A program made the position numbers and the translations under genes. Below are positions 1 through 14,749 of a stretch of DNA of 64,000 nt, in pieces (the first letter of the stretch is position 1; each line of letters starts with the position of its first letter). The stretch covers positions 46,686,001 to 46,750,000 of the forward strand of contig OX597835.1 of assembly GCA_951406725.2 (NCBI GenBank), given 5' to 3'. The DNA comes from Octopus vulgaris (taxonomy: Eukaryota). The notes beneath the pieces are model-generated. The model was not told the origin of the DNA and made no database searches. It worked only from the letters and a program-made list of their open reading frames with translations.

Positions 1-900
1 CACTCACACAGAATTATCTTCGGCATACTTATCTGCTTGGACAAATTTTTCCGTCTCCCACCATTTTTTTTCGTTTTTCTCTTCCCACATACATCCACAC
101 ACATATACATATACATACACATACACACATATATACATACCTGCATACTACATACAGGCATACATACACGCATACATACATACATACATACATAAGCACA
201 TTCATAGATATATATACTACAACCACACACATATTCACGCGCACACACTACACACACATATGTACAATCACATATACATAAGCTATACCGTCACACACAC
301 ACACACGCTACACACACATATGTACAATGACATATACATAAAATATACCGTCACACACACACACACATATGCGCTCGCGCACATGCATTCTTATCTCGAG
401 CATGTTCGTTTTGTTGATGTTTCTCAGATCGTTAATAAGTGAGATCGGATTTCACAAGATGCTGACACCGATAAACGTGCAAGGCTGAAGGGAAGTGGGA
501 AAGAAGTGAAGGGGAGCAAGGTAGAGTGTCTGACGGCCGAACTCACTTCGTAGTTCAGAAACTAGAATAAAACTTCGTGTAAACAATGAAGTCCAAGGAC
601 GTTTACACAGCGACAGTTAAGGGCCTTTATTTACAAAGTTTTGTTTTCAATGACGATGCGTTAGTCTCGAATAAAATTTTACCAGGGTGGCTGTGTGGTT
701 GAGAGGCTAGCTTACCAACTTCGTGGTCTTCGGTTCAATCCCACTGAGCGGCAACTTCGGCAAAGTCTGTCTTCCTCTATTAGCCACGGGCCGCTCAAAG
801 TAGACAGATACTGAAAGAAGCCCTTCCTATATATACATATACATACTTACATACATACATACATACATATATATACGACGGGCTTCTTTCAGTTTGCGCC

Positions 901-1050
901 TATGTATGTATGTATGTATGTATGTATGTATGTATGTATGTATGTATGTATGTATGTATGTATGTGTGTATGTATGTATGTATGTATGTGTGTGTGTATG
1001 TATGTATGTATGTATGTATGTATGTATGTATGTGTGTATGTATGTATGTG

Positions 1051-1082
<32 letters not shown>

Positions 1083-1560
1083 TGTATGTATGTATGTATG
1101 TATGTATGTATGTATGTATGTATGTATGTATGTATGTATGTATGTATGTGTGTATGTATGTATGTATGTATGTATGTATGTGTGTATGTATGTATGTATG
1201 TATGTATGTATGTATGTATGTGTATGTATGTATGTATGTATGTATGTATGTATGTATGTATGTATGTATGTATGTATGTATGTATGTATGTGTGTATGTA
1301 TGTATGTGTGTATGTATGTATGTATATGTATGTGTGTGTATGTATGTATGTATGTATGTATGTATGTATGTGTGTATGTATGTATGTATGTATGAATGTA
1401 TGTGTGTATGTATGTATGTATGTATGTATGAATGTATGTGTGTATGTATGTATGTGTGTATGTATGTATGTATGTATGTATGTATATGTATGTGTGTGTA
1501 TGTATGTATGTATGTATGTATGTGTGTGTGTATGTATGTATGTATGAATGTATGTGTGTG
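901..1560. repeat. (TATG)n/(TGTA)n compound microsatellite
   Basis: Directly visible ~660 bp tetranucleotide array; source of the MYVC/HTYI ORFs. Confidence 0.98.
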
Positions 1561-1574
1561 TATTCATGTATGTC

Positions 1575-1960
1575 ATTATTCGGGTTTATTTCAAGATTTC
1601 TTGCCAATAGAGAAAGAACCGGTTTCTAACCTAGATCCAAGTCTCTTTCATTGGAATTTCAACATCAACAACGGGTTATTTTTGTTTGTATGTTTGTATA
1701 AGTGCCGATTTGTATGTTGTGTTTTATGTATGTATTCTCATGCATATAATCACATAACTAGACATGCTCATATATGCTTTAAATGATAATCTTCTGGAAA
1801 GTTTTACAGATTTTTACAGTTCCAGTGTTGGATTGGATCTGCAAGTCTTCGAATCAGTTTTCTCCTTCCTGGTGTTGAGAACCCTAATTTCTCAAGATTG
1901 GTATTTAGGCGGAGTGTTACATATCCCAGGGCCCCAGTAAATACAGGTACAAACCTGAAC
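1575..1960 (-). mobile_element. 3' end remnant of an R4/Dong-like (RLE-type) non-LTR retrotransposon
   Basis: Minus strand encodes FRFVPVFTGALGYVTLRLNTNLEKLGF...RKLIRRL then, after a frameshift, QIQSNTGTVKICKTFQKIII*. This resembles the P-h-h-h-GALG...L..LG...GT.KI C-terminus of R4/Dong elements. The 3' UTR ends in ...CAAGAAATCTTGAAATAAACCCGAATAAT and recurs at 59265-59364. Confidence 0.55.
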
Positions 1961-2005
1961 ATATGCATGTAGGTATGTATGTCTACATAAGATATACATA
2001 CATAT

Positions 2006-2036
<31 letters not shown>

Positions 2037-2057
2037 CATACATACACACACACATAC

Positions 2058-2088
<31 letters not shown>

Positions 2089-2102
2089 CATACATACATA
2101 CA

Positions 2103-2134
<32 letters not shown>

Positions 2135-2622
2135 CACAGACAGATCTCATACACACACATATATACATAAATAAATATATGTACACACACACACACGATC
2201 GTATGTACATGTTACAGACAACACCTAGATGAAGGTGCTACTTTTCCACCCGCAAAAGTGATATAACTTTGACCGGGAGGAACTGATGTCTCATTAATCG
2301 TTATCCAACGATTATCAGGTGTTTCGACCCTGAGCCCTAATTCCCTTACGTTGGTAGATCAGTAGAAAGGAGCCAAATCACTGCTCATCACCTCTTGTCT
2401 CTTGCTCTACAACCAGCGAGAGAATCCTTTGGGTTGCTTCTCCCATCCCGCGCACAACTACCCGTCGCTCTTCCCCCCCCCCCCTCATACCAATTCCTGT
2501 AAGCATCCTTCGCACCGACTGGATACGTAATCTCCAAACCCTAAAGCCAACCTCGGCTAGGTTTACAAGCTATGACCGCCATCCCTTTTCTCTGGTTGTG
2601 ATTACAAAAATATTACTGGGGT

Positions 2623-2782
2623 GCGCAGGAGTGGCTGTGTGGCATGTAGCTTGCTTACCAAACACACGGTTCCGGGTTCAGTCCCACTGCGTGGCATCTT
2701 GGGCAAGTGTCTTCTGCTATAGCCCCGGGCCGACCAATGCCTTGTGAGTGGATTTGGTAGACGGAAACTGAAAAAGCCTGTC

Positions 2783-2825
<43 letters not shown>

Positions 2826-3052
2826 TGTGTGTGTATATGTTTGTGTGTCTGTGTTTGTCCCCCTAGCATTGCTTGACAACCGATGCTGGTGTGTTTACGT
2901 CCCCGTCACTTAGCGGTTCGACAAAAGAGACCGATAGAATAAGTACTGGGCTTACAAAGAATAAGTCCCGGGGTCGATTTGCTCGACTAAAGGCGGTGCT
3001 CCAGCATGGCCGCAGTCAAATGACTGAAACAAGTAAAAGAGTAAAAGAGTAA
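2623..3052 (+). mobile_element. tRNA-derived SINE, family A (full length)
   Basis: Head GCGCAGGAGTGGCTGTGTGG...CCGGGTTCAGTCCC (A/B-box-like), internal (TA)n/(TG)n, body ...AATAAGTAC...GGGGTCGAT..., tail (GTAAAAGA)n. Many near-identical copies in the window. Confidence 0.85.
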
Positions 3053-3536
3053 GACAATGATAAACACTTTTGCAGACTAAATAACTAAACATACATCGAT
3101 TAGGGTGTCACTCATTTAATAATGCGAAATGAAAAACCTTTAAACAACGGAGATTGTTAGACGAAAACGACAGACAGAATCTAGCAGCAGACAGGTTTAA
3201 AATCCGAAAAATACGATTGTTTATCTAACAGCACATCAGCAAAATAACCGGTTGTCAATCAAGTGAACGGTGAAAGTAAAAACAAGCACAAACAACAATG
3301 GCAACAACAGCAACGAAAGAAAAACAAATTTTTTCTTTCCTTCTGACATTTTTTTGAACAAACATTGCATCATCTGCCAATGCCGTAACCAGGACATTTG
3401 CTGTTGCATCATTCATTTGTGTTTGTGTGGGGGGACACGGTGTGGTGGTGTCCCTTCCTATTTTTCTAAATCAAATTCATTTTTATATAAATGAATTGCT
3501 CCAGTTGTTCAGAACGCAGATTTTTGACTGCTCTTA

Positions 3537-3612
<76 letters not shown>

Positions 3613-3779
3613 CCCTACTTTTAGGTCACTCTAAATAAAACCCTTGATTCAATAGCACTGTGTACAAGCTCTATACTTGGAATGACCAATTCTAAATACT
3701 ATTAGATTTTACTCACAAGGCAGTCGATTAGATCGACCTCGGTAAGCAACCGGTACTTAATTTATCGATCTTGAAAATT

Positions 3780-3811
<32 letters not shown>

Positions 3812-4180
3812 GTAGTGGAGGAGGAGGAGTAATTGCTTCAAATGTTGGTAAGAGGGCAGCATTTTTGAGGGGAAGGAGAGTAGCCGATACCATTGATCTC
3901 AGTATATGTCTGGTAAACCAATTTGTTGACCCCGGAGGGGTTGAAAGACAAAAAAGAAGATCAAAGGTATACCAACCATGACCATCCTTTCTTCTATACA
4001 CACACTTTACACGTGGTTTATTTTATATTGCATCAACTGAGGTAACTCTACGTGGTCCTTTCGTGTGCAAGAACGAGCAACCGAATTTCCTCAAATCAAA
4101 TCCCGACGTCTTTGTAAAGACACATAACATCGGCCGAGATATACTAAACGGGATAGTCTCAAGTGGATTGTCTTTTATTA

Positions 4181-4401
4181 TTGGGTAGGTGCATAATTAT
4201 TGTGGCTTTTTTTCAACGGATTTTATCCAACAAAAACAATAGCAGCACGTCACAAAAACATCTTTAAATGATTATTCCGGAGCATTTGCTTGGCAGACGG
4301 TCAGACCGTCATTTAAAGATGTTTTTGTTAAATATTGTTATTGTTTTTGTTGAATAAAATTTGCTGACAAAAAAGCCGCAATAATTTATGCAGCAACCCA
4401 A
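4181..4401. mobile_element. mariner-derived MITE
   Basis: ~90 bp imperfect terminal inverted repeats beginning TTGGGTAGGTGCATAATTATTGTGGC and ending GCCGCAATAATTTATGCAGCAACCCAA; TA on both flanks. Confidence 0.8.
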
Positions 4402-5244
4402 TAGTTTGAATATTTGACAGGAGAAAACAGAAATAACATCAATGCTACATTATTTAACATGTCCTTGTTTTTCAAGAGATCGTATAATATGATATTAGGG
4501 TGATTTGACTGTTATTTTTAACAGATCGAAAGGTAACTTTAGAGTTTATGAGGTTTGAGCAGTTGTTTGCTGCTAATAAAAATCAATTGAGACTGTTGTT
4601 GACATGGGTGTGTTGGTTTCAAGCAATTGATATCAGGTTCAATACCTAGGCACAGCACATGGGGTAAGCGACTTCTCTTAATCTTGTAGACCCTTTGAAA
4701 AAAAAAAGAGTCAAGAAAACGGAACCCTACGTTCGCCACGAAGTCATCTAAAAAATATTAAAACAAAAATAAAGCCGACAGCCATTTTATTTCATGTCAA
4801 TGGCTTTTGTCGTCTTTGAGGTTCATCATGTCTTCAGAATTTGGTAGGGGAAACGATTGAACATCACGACATTACATTGATAACGGAGCACCTGAGAAAC
4901 GAGAAGCCGACCTAGTTTTCAACAGAGAACAAATCGATGTACGGTGGCGGCGGGGGCGGTGTTGATTGTGATGATAATAGCTGTAGTGGTGGTGGTGTTA
5001 ACAGTAGTAGTAGCAATGGTAATGGTGTTGGCGGTAGTGGTGGTAGTGATGGTGATGGTAACAGTTGTATTTTTATGGTTGGTTGGTTGGCAGTGTGGCG
5101 TTAGCAGTATCCGTAGGTAAGGCAGTATTATGGTAATGGTAACGGTGATGATGATGGGGGATTGTGGTAATGTCGTGTGATGGTGACAGTTGTAACTATG
5201 GCGACGGTGGGGCAGTGTGTGAAGGTGGCGCTGGTGGTAATTGG

Positions 5245-5377
5245 TGTGGTGGTGGTGGTGGTAGTGGTGGTGGTGGTGGTGGTAGTGGTAGTGGTGGTGG
5301 TGGTGGTGGTGGTGGTGGTGGTGGTGGTGGTGGTGGTGGTAGTGGTGGTGGTAGTGGTGGTGGTGGTGGTGGTGGTG
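5245..5377. repeat. (GGT)n microsatellite
   Basis: Directly visible trinucleotide array; source of the poly-T/G/V ORFs. Confidence 0.97.
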
Positions 5378-6410
5378 TTGAACAAATTCACTTGGTCACA
5401 GCTGGATCTTGTTGCTATCGTTGATTTTGTAGTGGTTGTTGTTGTTGTTGCTGTTGTTCTTGTGGTTGTTATAGCGATAATTATGCGTTACTGCTTTATT
5501 GACAACGCTGCTGTTGTTATAAGTAGTAGTAGTAGTAGCAGCAGCAGCAGCTAGACAAAATGTTATGTAACATTCTGTCCGTCTTTAGGTTCCCAGTTCA
5601 AATTCCGATGAGGTCGACTGCTTTCCATCCTTTCGGGTTCGATGAAATAATTGTGTGTGTGTGTGTGTGTGTGTGTCTGTGTGTGTGTGTAACATTACAA
5701 CTTAATAAAATCTCTTTGGTCTGAATACCTCTACCTGCCCTCACCACGCCCATACCTACTACCTCCTCTTTTCGGGTTACCTTTATCTCTTCCCTACCTC
5801 AAATTTCAATACCTTGTCTCTTTAAATGTAGGTTATATATATATTTCTTATCATTTTCTACAAATTCTTATTATTTTGTCTTCTCACTTTGATATCCTTA
5901 CCTATTAACCTCTTATCCCATATAAGTTGTTACTGTTCCTAAATAGAGTTTTTTCAGCTACTAAGGTTTATGCGAGATGGCTATACTATGTCCATATAAA
6001 CGTATATATATATATAGAAGTTAAATATAAAATACAAAGTGGGACAAGAACGCAAAAACACACAAAGAGACGACACAAAAAAAAAAAAACAGACGGGTCA
6101 CTCGAAGCCTCTAATCTTCAGTCGGGAACCGGATCATCTTAGTAATTTCGGCTGTTTAATCTCGATATTACTCCGATCCGGCCAGCCCCAAGGAAAAACC
6201 AAGCCACAGGCATTGAATTTCTTGGCAGTGTGTGTATATGCATATATGTGCATAACCTATTAACTTTTTATCCCTTATAAATTGTTATCTTTCTTGTTTG
6301 TAAATAGATACCTTTTAGTTACTTAAGTCTATGCGAGATAGACATACTATATCCATATAAACGTATAAATATTTGTGTATGTGTACATGTGTACGCATAT
6401 ATGAATATCT

Positions 6411-6809
6411 TTACTCTCTTTACTCTTTTACTTGTTTCAGTCATTTGACTGCGGCCATGCTGGAGCACCGCCTTTAGTCGAACAAATCGACCCCGGGACT
6501 TATTCTTTGTAAGCCCAGTACTTATTCTATCGGTCTCTTTTGCCGAACTGCTAAGTGAAGGCGACGTAAACACACCAGCATCGGTTGTCAAGCAATGCTA
6601 GGGGGACAAACACATACACACATATATATATATATATACAAATATACGATGGGCTTCTTTCAGTTTCCGTCTACCAAATCCACTCACAAGGCTTTGGTCG
6701 GCCCGAGGCTATAGTAGAAGACACTTGCCCAAGGTGCCACGCAGTGGGACTGAACCCGGAACCATGTGGTTGGTAAGCAAGCTACTTACCACACAGCCAC
6801 TCCTGCGCC
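6411..6809 (-). mobile_element. tRNA-derived SINE, family A (full length)
   Basis: Reverse complement of the 2623-3052 element. Confidence 0.85.
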
Positions 6810-7601
6810 TATGTGTGTGTATCTGTGTACATCTTTATTTTTTCTGATTCATGGCTTATAATTAATATATTGGTAGCATGTTTATCTTTCCAGTATTCCA
6901 TAAGTAAATGCACTGAGCAATCTTTATGGAACCCACCTAATAAGTAAACAATTAAGTACATGAATGAACATTAAACTGATTCTATGTAACCTTTCCTTTT
7001 TAATATTGATAATTGATATATACACACAATTTACTTATTTGGGTCATGATATCATTTTTGATAATCTTAAATTTTATTTTATACAACATAAAACTATTGT
7101 TTATAGACAATCACCCATAGTACCCCAAGATAAAATGTCCTCTATATTAACATCCTTGGTTTTATTAACTTCCTGCCCCTTTAACTAGTAATTAACACCA
7201 TGATTTAGAGTCTTCCCGTACCCAGCCTCCTTTCATAGGCAGTTACTTTACATCCAATTTACTACTTCTAATGTCTTCTTCCCTCCCCGAAGAAAAGGGA
7301 TACACATGACAATATTTATGACCATACCCAGCCATGAGGTGTCAACTCACCCTTGCCCTTCACTCCAAACAGACACAGTCCCCTAGTCTTAGATTTAGTA
7401 GTTGATAAAAAGACAAGTAAATTAGAAATGAACCACAATCCTTTACAAGCTATGACCCCAATGGGCTGCATGCCATGCTTAGAAGTGTAGTCTTTTCTTA
7501 GCTACAGTAGCGACATGAATTTCTTACATCTTCTTGCTCTGTTAAAGTATTCGAGAAAAATTATATTAATGTGTCCAACTGGTAAAAATTCTATTTATTT
7601 G

Positions 7602-7687
7602 TGCAGCTGATGATAGCCCTGCATTTAAATTGATTTAATGATTGCATTATTCAATTAAATGGAGCCACTTGAAACGGTCGTATTGCA
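7602..7687 (+). ncRNA. minimal type I hammerhead ribozyme motif
   Basis: TGCAG-CTGATGA-(long imperfect stem II)-GAAAC-GGTC-GTA-TTGCA; stem I TGCAG/TTGCA. A homolog lies on the minus strand at 34537-34623. Confidence 0.7.
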
Positions 7688-7754
7688 TCCTATTGCTTAT
7701 TTATATAGTTGTTGCCCCGATATGGAGAGCATCACTACTCGCAAACACCATCAA

Positions 7755-7980
7755 GATCCCACTCCCACTTGTAACTGTCGAGAACTTGGAGATTGTCCTC
7801 TCGACCATAGGTGCATGATAAACTCCATCGTATATGAGGCAGCAGTTACAGCAACGTTACATGATAACCTAAAACCAATTAGATCGCGTTATGCGAAGGC
7901 AGCTTCAAAAAGTGCTTTTCTAACCACCGAATCTCCTTTCCGGCACACATGGACAAAAGTAAGGCAACTAATTTTGGTAT
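7755..7980 (+). pseudogene. degenerate Penelope-like GIY-YIG endonuclease fragment
   Basis: TPTCNCRELGDCPLDHRCMINSIVYEAAVT aligns by eye with PPVCKCRIKSKCPAPGLCGENNVIYKCTIS of the 32187-32744 ORF. Confidence 0.7.
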
Positions 7981-8705
7981 ATATATATATAATCTTCTTA
8001 AATTAGAATTTATTAATTGTATATATATATATATATATATATATACATCCATCCATCCATCCATACATACATACATACATACATACATAGACAAATCTAT
8101 CCATCCATCCATCCATCTATCCACCCATACATAAATACATACATACACACACCCATCTATCCATCCATCCATACATACATACATACATACACCCATCCAT
8201 CCATCCATCCATCCATCCATCCATACATACATACATACATACATACATACATACATGCATACATGCATACATACATACATACATACATACATACATACCT
8301 ACATACATACATACATACATACATACATACATACATACATACATACATACACACATAGCCTCGAATAAAACCTACAAACATATTTTAAAGTATAGAATAA
8401 CAATAAAACGAATGACTACTACCTCACCGGTAGATATTAAAAATACCTCGAATGCCAGACGGTAAACACTACCACAAAAGAATATTCAATTGATTTGGGA
8501 ATTTCAATTATTTTTCAGGAAGAGAAAGAAAAATCTTTATTGCCTAAGAACGGTGTATTTATACATCTCTTTAGCTTTAATCTGGACTTTATTGAAGAGA
8601 GCCTATTATACGCAGAGGTTTATATATATCCAGAATCTCACAGTACCTCTCTCACTCTCCTTTCTTTCTCTCTCTCCTCTCTCTCTCTTACTCTCTCTAT
8701 CTGTC

Positions 8706-8740
<35 letters not shown>

Positions 8741-8760
8741 ATCTATCTAATGCATGTAGG

Positions 8761-8794
<34 letters not shown>

Positions 8795-8931
8795 CCTACA
8801 TACATTAGATAGATAGATAGAGGGAGAGAGAGAGAGAGAGACAGAGAGAGAGAGACAGACAGACAGACAGAGACAGATAGAGAGAGAGAGAGAGATAGAT
8901 GTATGTATGTATGTATGTATGTATATGCATA

Positions 8932-8985
<54 letters not shown>

Positions 8986-9287
8986 CATACATACATACAC
9001 ACACACACGCGGCGACATAGACCACTACCCACCCGACCACCAACTCGCACCGGTTGCACCCAGAGAAGGATAAGGGTGGTTGATATGCGCTTTCCAGTTA
9101 GCAGCAGCAGCAACAACAACGGTCGGGGTGTTGTTTACTTTGTTACAGTTTAGTCGCATGAAGAGGTATAACCGAGTGGTTAGGAGGCCGGGGATTGCAT
9201 TCTGGAGCATAAGGTTGCAGTTTCGATCCCTGGACGGGACGGTGCGTCGTGTTCTTGAGCAAAACACTCGATCTCACATTGCTCCAG

Positions 9288-9337
<50 letters not shown>

Positions 9338-10264
9338 CATGTATTCTGTACGCTTATAAAACATTCTTTTCTCCACTAGGCCAGAAATTTTTGGGGAGGT
9401 GGCCAGTCGATTAGATCGACACCAGTACGCAACTGGTACTTAATTTATCATCCCCGAAAGGGTGAGAGGCAAAGTTGACCTCAGAAGAGCTTATAAAATA
9501 TCATTTACATAACTGGAACTCAGCACCGTTTATCAAGTTATCGCAGAAAACACACACACACACACAGGTTAATTTTTTTAGTCAGGAAGGTAAGCAGTGC
9601 TCATGACTCATCGCAGATCTCAGAATTTGATTTGATTTGCGAGAGATTTGGCTGCTATCACTGGCATAACGAGCGACCTTGTAGAGACTTCCTCGTAGGC
9701 TCGTTATTGTTATTGTGGTGTGGTTGTTATTTTATTGTTGCTGCTGCTGCTGTTGTTTTGCTGGTGGTGGGGTAGCTGTTGTTGTCGGCGAAGTTGGTGT
9801 TAGGGGTGGTGGTGGTGCTGGTGACATAGTTGCTCTGGCGGTTGAAGGGGGAGGGGACGTGGAGTTGGAATTGCCGTTGTTTGTCATTGTTGTTGCTGGG
9901 GGTGGAGGTGGGGTGTTGTAGGTGTTGGTATTAGTAGTGATGTGTCTTCTTCTTCTTCTTCTTCTTCTTCTTCTTCTTCTTCTTCTTCTTCTTCTTCTTC
10001 TTCTTCTTCTTCTTCAAATCAGGACACTCATTAGCCAAAAAGAATAATCCCTAATCCAAACCTTACTCTAAGCTACTAAGAATACGTGTGGCAACTTGAA
10101 GGTCCACCCACCACACGCGAAAGCTACGTTGTTATCCTCATTCCGTAAACGGTGGCTTTTAACGGGTGGAGAGCTGAACCACCCTGGAATACAGAGGAAT
10201 CGCAATCTAGACTAGGGTCTGAACGTTTACCACACCAAAGTGGGTTACACCATGGTTCCTCTGC

Positions 10265-10470
10265 TTTGTGTCAGAAGTAGGAAGAAAGAGTGAGAGAAAG
10301 TTGTGGTGAAAGAGTACAGCGGGGTTCACCCGCCACCCGTACCTGTCGGAACCTCGTGGAACTTAGGTGTTATTGCTCAATAAACACTCACAATGCCCGG
10401 TCTGGGAATCGAAACCACGTTCTTACGATCGCGAGTCCGCTGCCCTAACCACTGGGCCATTGCGCTTTCA
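10265..10470 (-). mobile_element. tRNA-derived SINE, family C (5' part)
   Basis: Reverse complement of GCGCAATGGCCCAGTGGTTAGGGCAGCGGACTCGCG...GGTTTCGATTCCCAGACCGGGC; homologous to 50892-51277. Confidence 0.8.
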
Positions 10471-10749
10471 CATGCGCGGTTGTTGCTGAGTTGGTGGTGG
10501 TCGTAATTGGAAGTGTGGTTCTTATGGTTGTTGTTGATATATAGTCGCTGCCTCGAGTGTTGTTTTTATATGTTTGTTGTTGATGTTGTGGTGTAGATGC
10601 CGTTGCTCAAGTTGATTTTAGTGTAAACTATCAAAATGTGTGTGTGTGTGTCTGTGTGTGTGTGTGTCTGTGTGTGTCATATTTCAAGGTATTAGATTAT
10701 AGGAGTGTAACTAGATATAAGGGAGAGAAGTCGAGATAAAAGAAAAGGA

Positions 10750-11290
<541 letters not shown>

Positions 11291-11401
11291 CTTACAGATA
11301 CACATATATCAATATATTCATCGATAAATCGATGGCTTGATTGTTAGAATATTGGTTAGGCTGATAGGTACATTAATAGATATATAGGGGAATAGAAAGA
11401 G

Positions 11402-11432
<31 letters not shown>

Positions 11433-13621
11433 AGAAATAGATAGAGAGAGACAGAGGTGGGGGTGGGGACATTCGTGCGAGATAAAAGCAACAGTTATAA
11501 GTTTTGAGGGGCTGCTCAAAGGTCTTCTCAATCTTGTTAAAGAACAAGAAAAGCCCGTCAGCATCAGCATCACCACCACCATCACCAACAGCAACAACAA
11601 CATGTTACACACACACACACACACATACACACACACACTTTCACATACGCATACACACACACAAGCACAAACATATATATACATATATAGACACATACCG
11701 TTTTACTAATCTCTCATAAAGGGAATAACACAAAGAAAAGTAAGGCCCAGTGCATGATTTTCCCGGGGGGCCTGTAATGCTATATCCCCGGCCCATCCCG
11801 GGGTCGACCAAAACTTTGTGGATTTGGAAGACGGAAACTGAAAGAAGGGCAGAATTCTGGTTTAAGCATCCTCGTAACTTCTCTATTTTGGGGAATTTTC
11901 AGAAAGATTTTTGCAAATTTGTGTTCTACATGATGTTTAAAAAAAAATTTTAACCCCCACCCCATAAATCCTAAAAGCTTCACTTTATTTCCGAATATTT
12001 TTTAAAAATCTGAATGCGGACAGTCCGAAATTTGTCGCTTAAATATGTATGTGTGTGTATGTATGTATGTATGTATGTATGTATGTATGTATGTATGTAT
12101 GTATGTATGTATGTATTGTATGCGACGGGTTTCTTTCAGTTTTCTACTATATCCACACGCTAGGTTTCAGTCCGTGTGTGTGTGTGTGTGTGTATTGGGT
12201 TTGTGTCTGTTACGCCACCACTGCTTGCCGACCGGTGTTGGTGTGTTTACGTCCCTAACTTTGCTGTCAGGTAATTTGGACGATAGAGTAAATAACGAGC
12301 TTAAAAGTACTTGGATCCATTCAATCGACTAAAAGTTTTCAAGGCGGTGCCCCAGCGTGGCCGCAGTCTAATGACTGTAACAAGTAAAAGATAACACACA
12401 TACACAGAGTACCTGAGTATTGTACACAACAACCAATTCATCGTTATTATAATAAAACTCACAAAAACAAGAACATCAAAATAAAAAAATTATACAAAAA
12501 CAACATCAAAATAAAAAATTATACAAAAACAAGAACATCAAAATAAAAAATTATACAAAAACAATAGTAAAAGAAGTAAGCGAAGTATAAAAAGGAAAAA
12601 TCAAAAAAAAAAAAGAGAGAGAGAGAGAAAATAAGATTTAGAGTGAAACTGACCAGAAATGGATTTAAGGTTTCTTGGTGGTTTGTGAGAAGTTTTAGCG
12701 ACTGAACCGTCTTCCCGAATGACTGTCGTTGGAATAAGAGAAAGTGGTGTGAGTCGTTTAACAAGAATGACAGCCACATGTGATTTAGTGGAGGAGGAGG
12801 AGGAAGAGGAGGGATGTGGTGGGAGTGCTGGTGGTGGTGGTGGTGGTTGTGGTGGTGGTGTATGAGTTGAGCGATGGGCGCGACGGGTACCTGTTGTTTA
12901 CTACCAATCGGTTAAGTATTGTGTGTCCACGCATGCATGAAGCCTTACACTCTCGTCTCAAAAGCATATACACGATATATAGATACGCACACACGCACAC
13001 ACACACATACGCAGAGAGAGGGAGAGAGAGAGAGAGAGAGGAGGAGAGATTGTGAGAGCGAAAGGAGGAGGTGTGGATGTGTGTGAGTGATTGCCGACAC
13101 GTGAATGAGAGTGAGTGAATTAGATATAAAACTTTTTATACACCTACAAATAGCTTCACCCAATACACACGCATATAACACACACACACACACACACACA
13201 CGCGCACACATATCTATATATATACATATATATGTTTGTGTGTGTGTGTGTTTGAAAAGATAAACAAGAATGTTTGTAAGTTTGTTTTTATTCAGGACAC
13301 ACACACACAAAAAGGAATAAAAACACGGAGAGGTGTGTCAGGATCTGAGTGTTTTCATTGGTGCATCCGGATTGACGTGTCCCTCTATTGTGCGCCTCTT
13401 TATATGTATGTAGGTGTGTCAATGCAATGTGTGTGTGGGTGCGTGTGCGTAAACGTGTGTCATAACTGTTGTTTTGGTTTGTGTGAAAGATGTTTTCAAC
13501 AACTTTTTTTACTTCCAGGTCAGAACAGAACAGAATCTGCCTATAAATCGAACAGGTTTTCCTAAAACTGATAGCCTGATCTGTATTACACACACGCACG
13601 CAGACACAGACACGCGCGCGC

Positions 13622-14372
<751 letters not shown>

Positions 14373-14749
14373 ACACACACACACACATATACTAAGCTGA
14401 AATGCTCCATACATTTAACATATAACAATATAAAAATGTAAGGGTATATCTTTTTACCACCGCCGACGAGATTCAGTTTTATAATGATTTAATTATTTTA
14501 ATTAATCTTAAAAATCTGAATCCAAACAGCTGTCAGAGATTGTCTATTTTTGTAATTAATAAATATAATTATTAATTGATTTATCTCTATTTTCTTATTT
14601 TTCTTAAATATATACCTCGGTTTATTTAATAACCTATTTTTTAATATTAAATCTAATATTCAAAATAAATAATGGGTAAGAAACCAGTAAATTCATTGGA
14701 TATTATTATCCCTTAATGAGGTTTACTTAACCTCATAGTGAACTTTATA

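Noticed and set aside
827-1786. Long ORFs (MYVC/HTYI repeats, up to 294 aa)
   Set aside because: Translations of the (TATG)n microsatellite in several frames; no protein-like complexity.
1790-1960. Possible host exon with a TTCAG acceptor on the minus strand
   Set aside because: Better explained as the frameshifted C-terminus of an R4/Dong-like retrotransposon whose 3' UTR recurs at 59265-59364.
2310-2395. Minus-strand GTGATGA...GAAACACCTG resembling an HHR
   Set aside because: G3/G8 cannot pair, there is no NUH triplet and no stem I.
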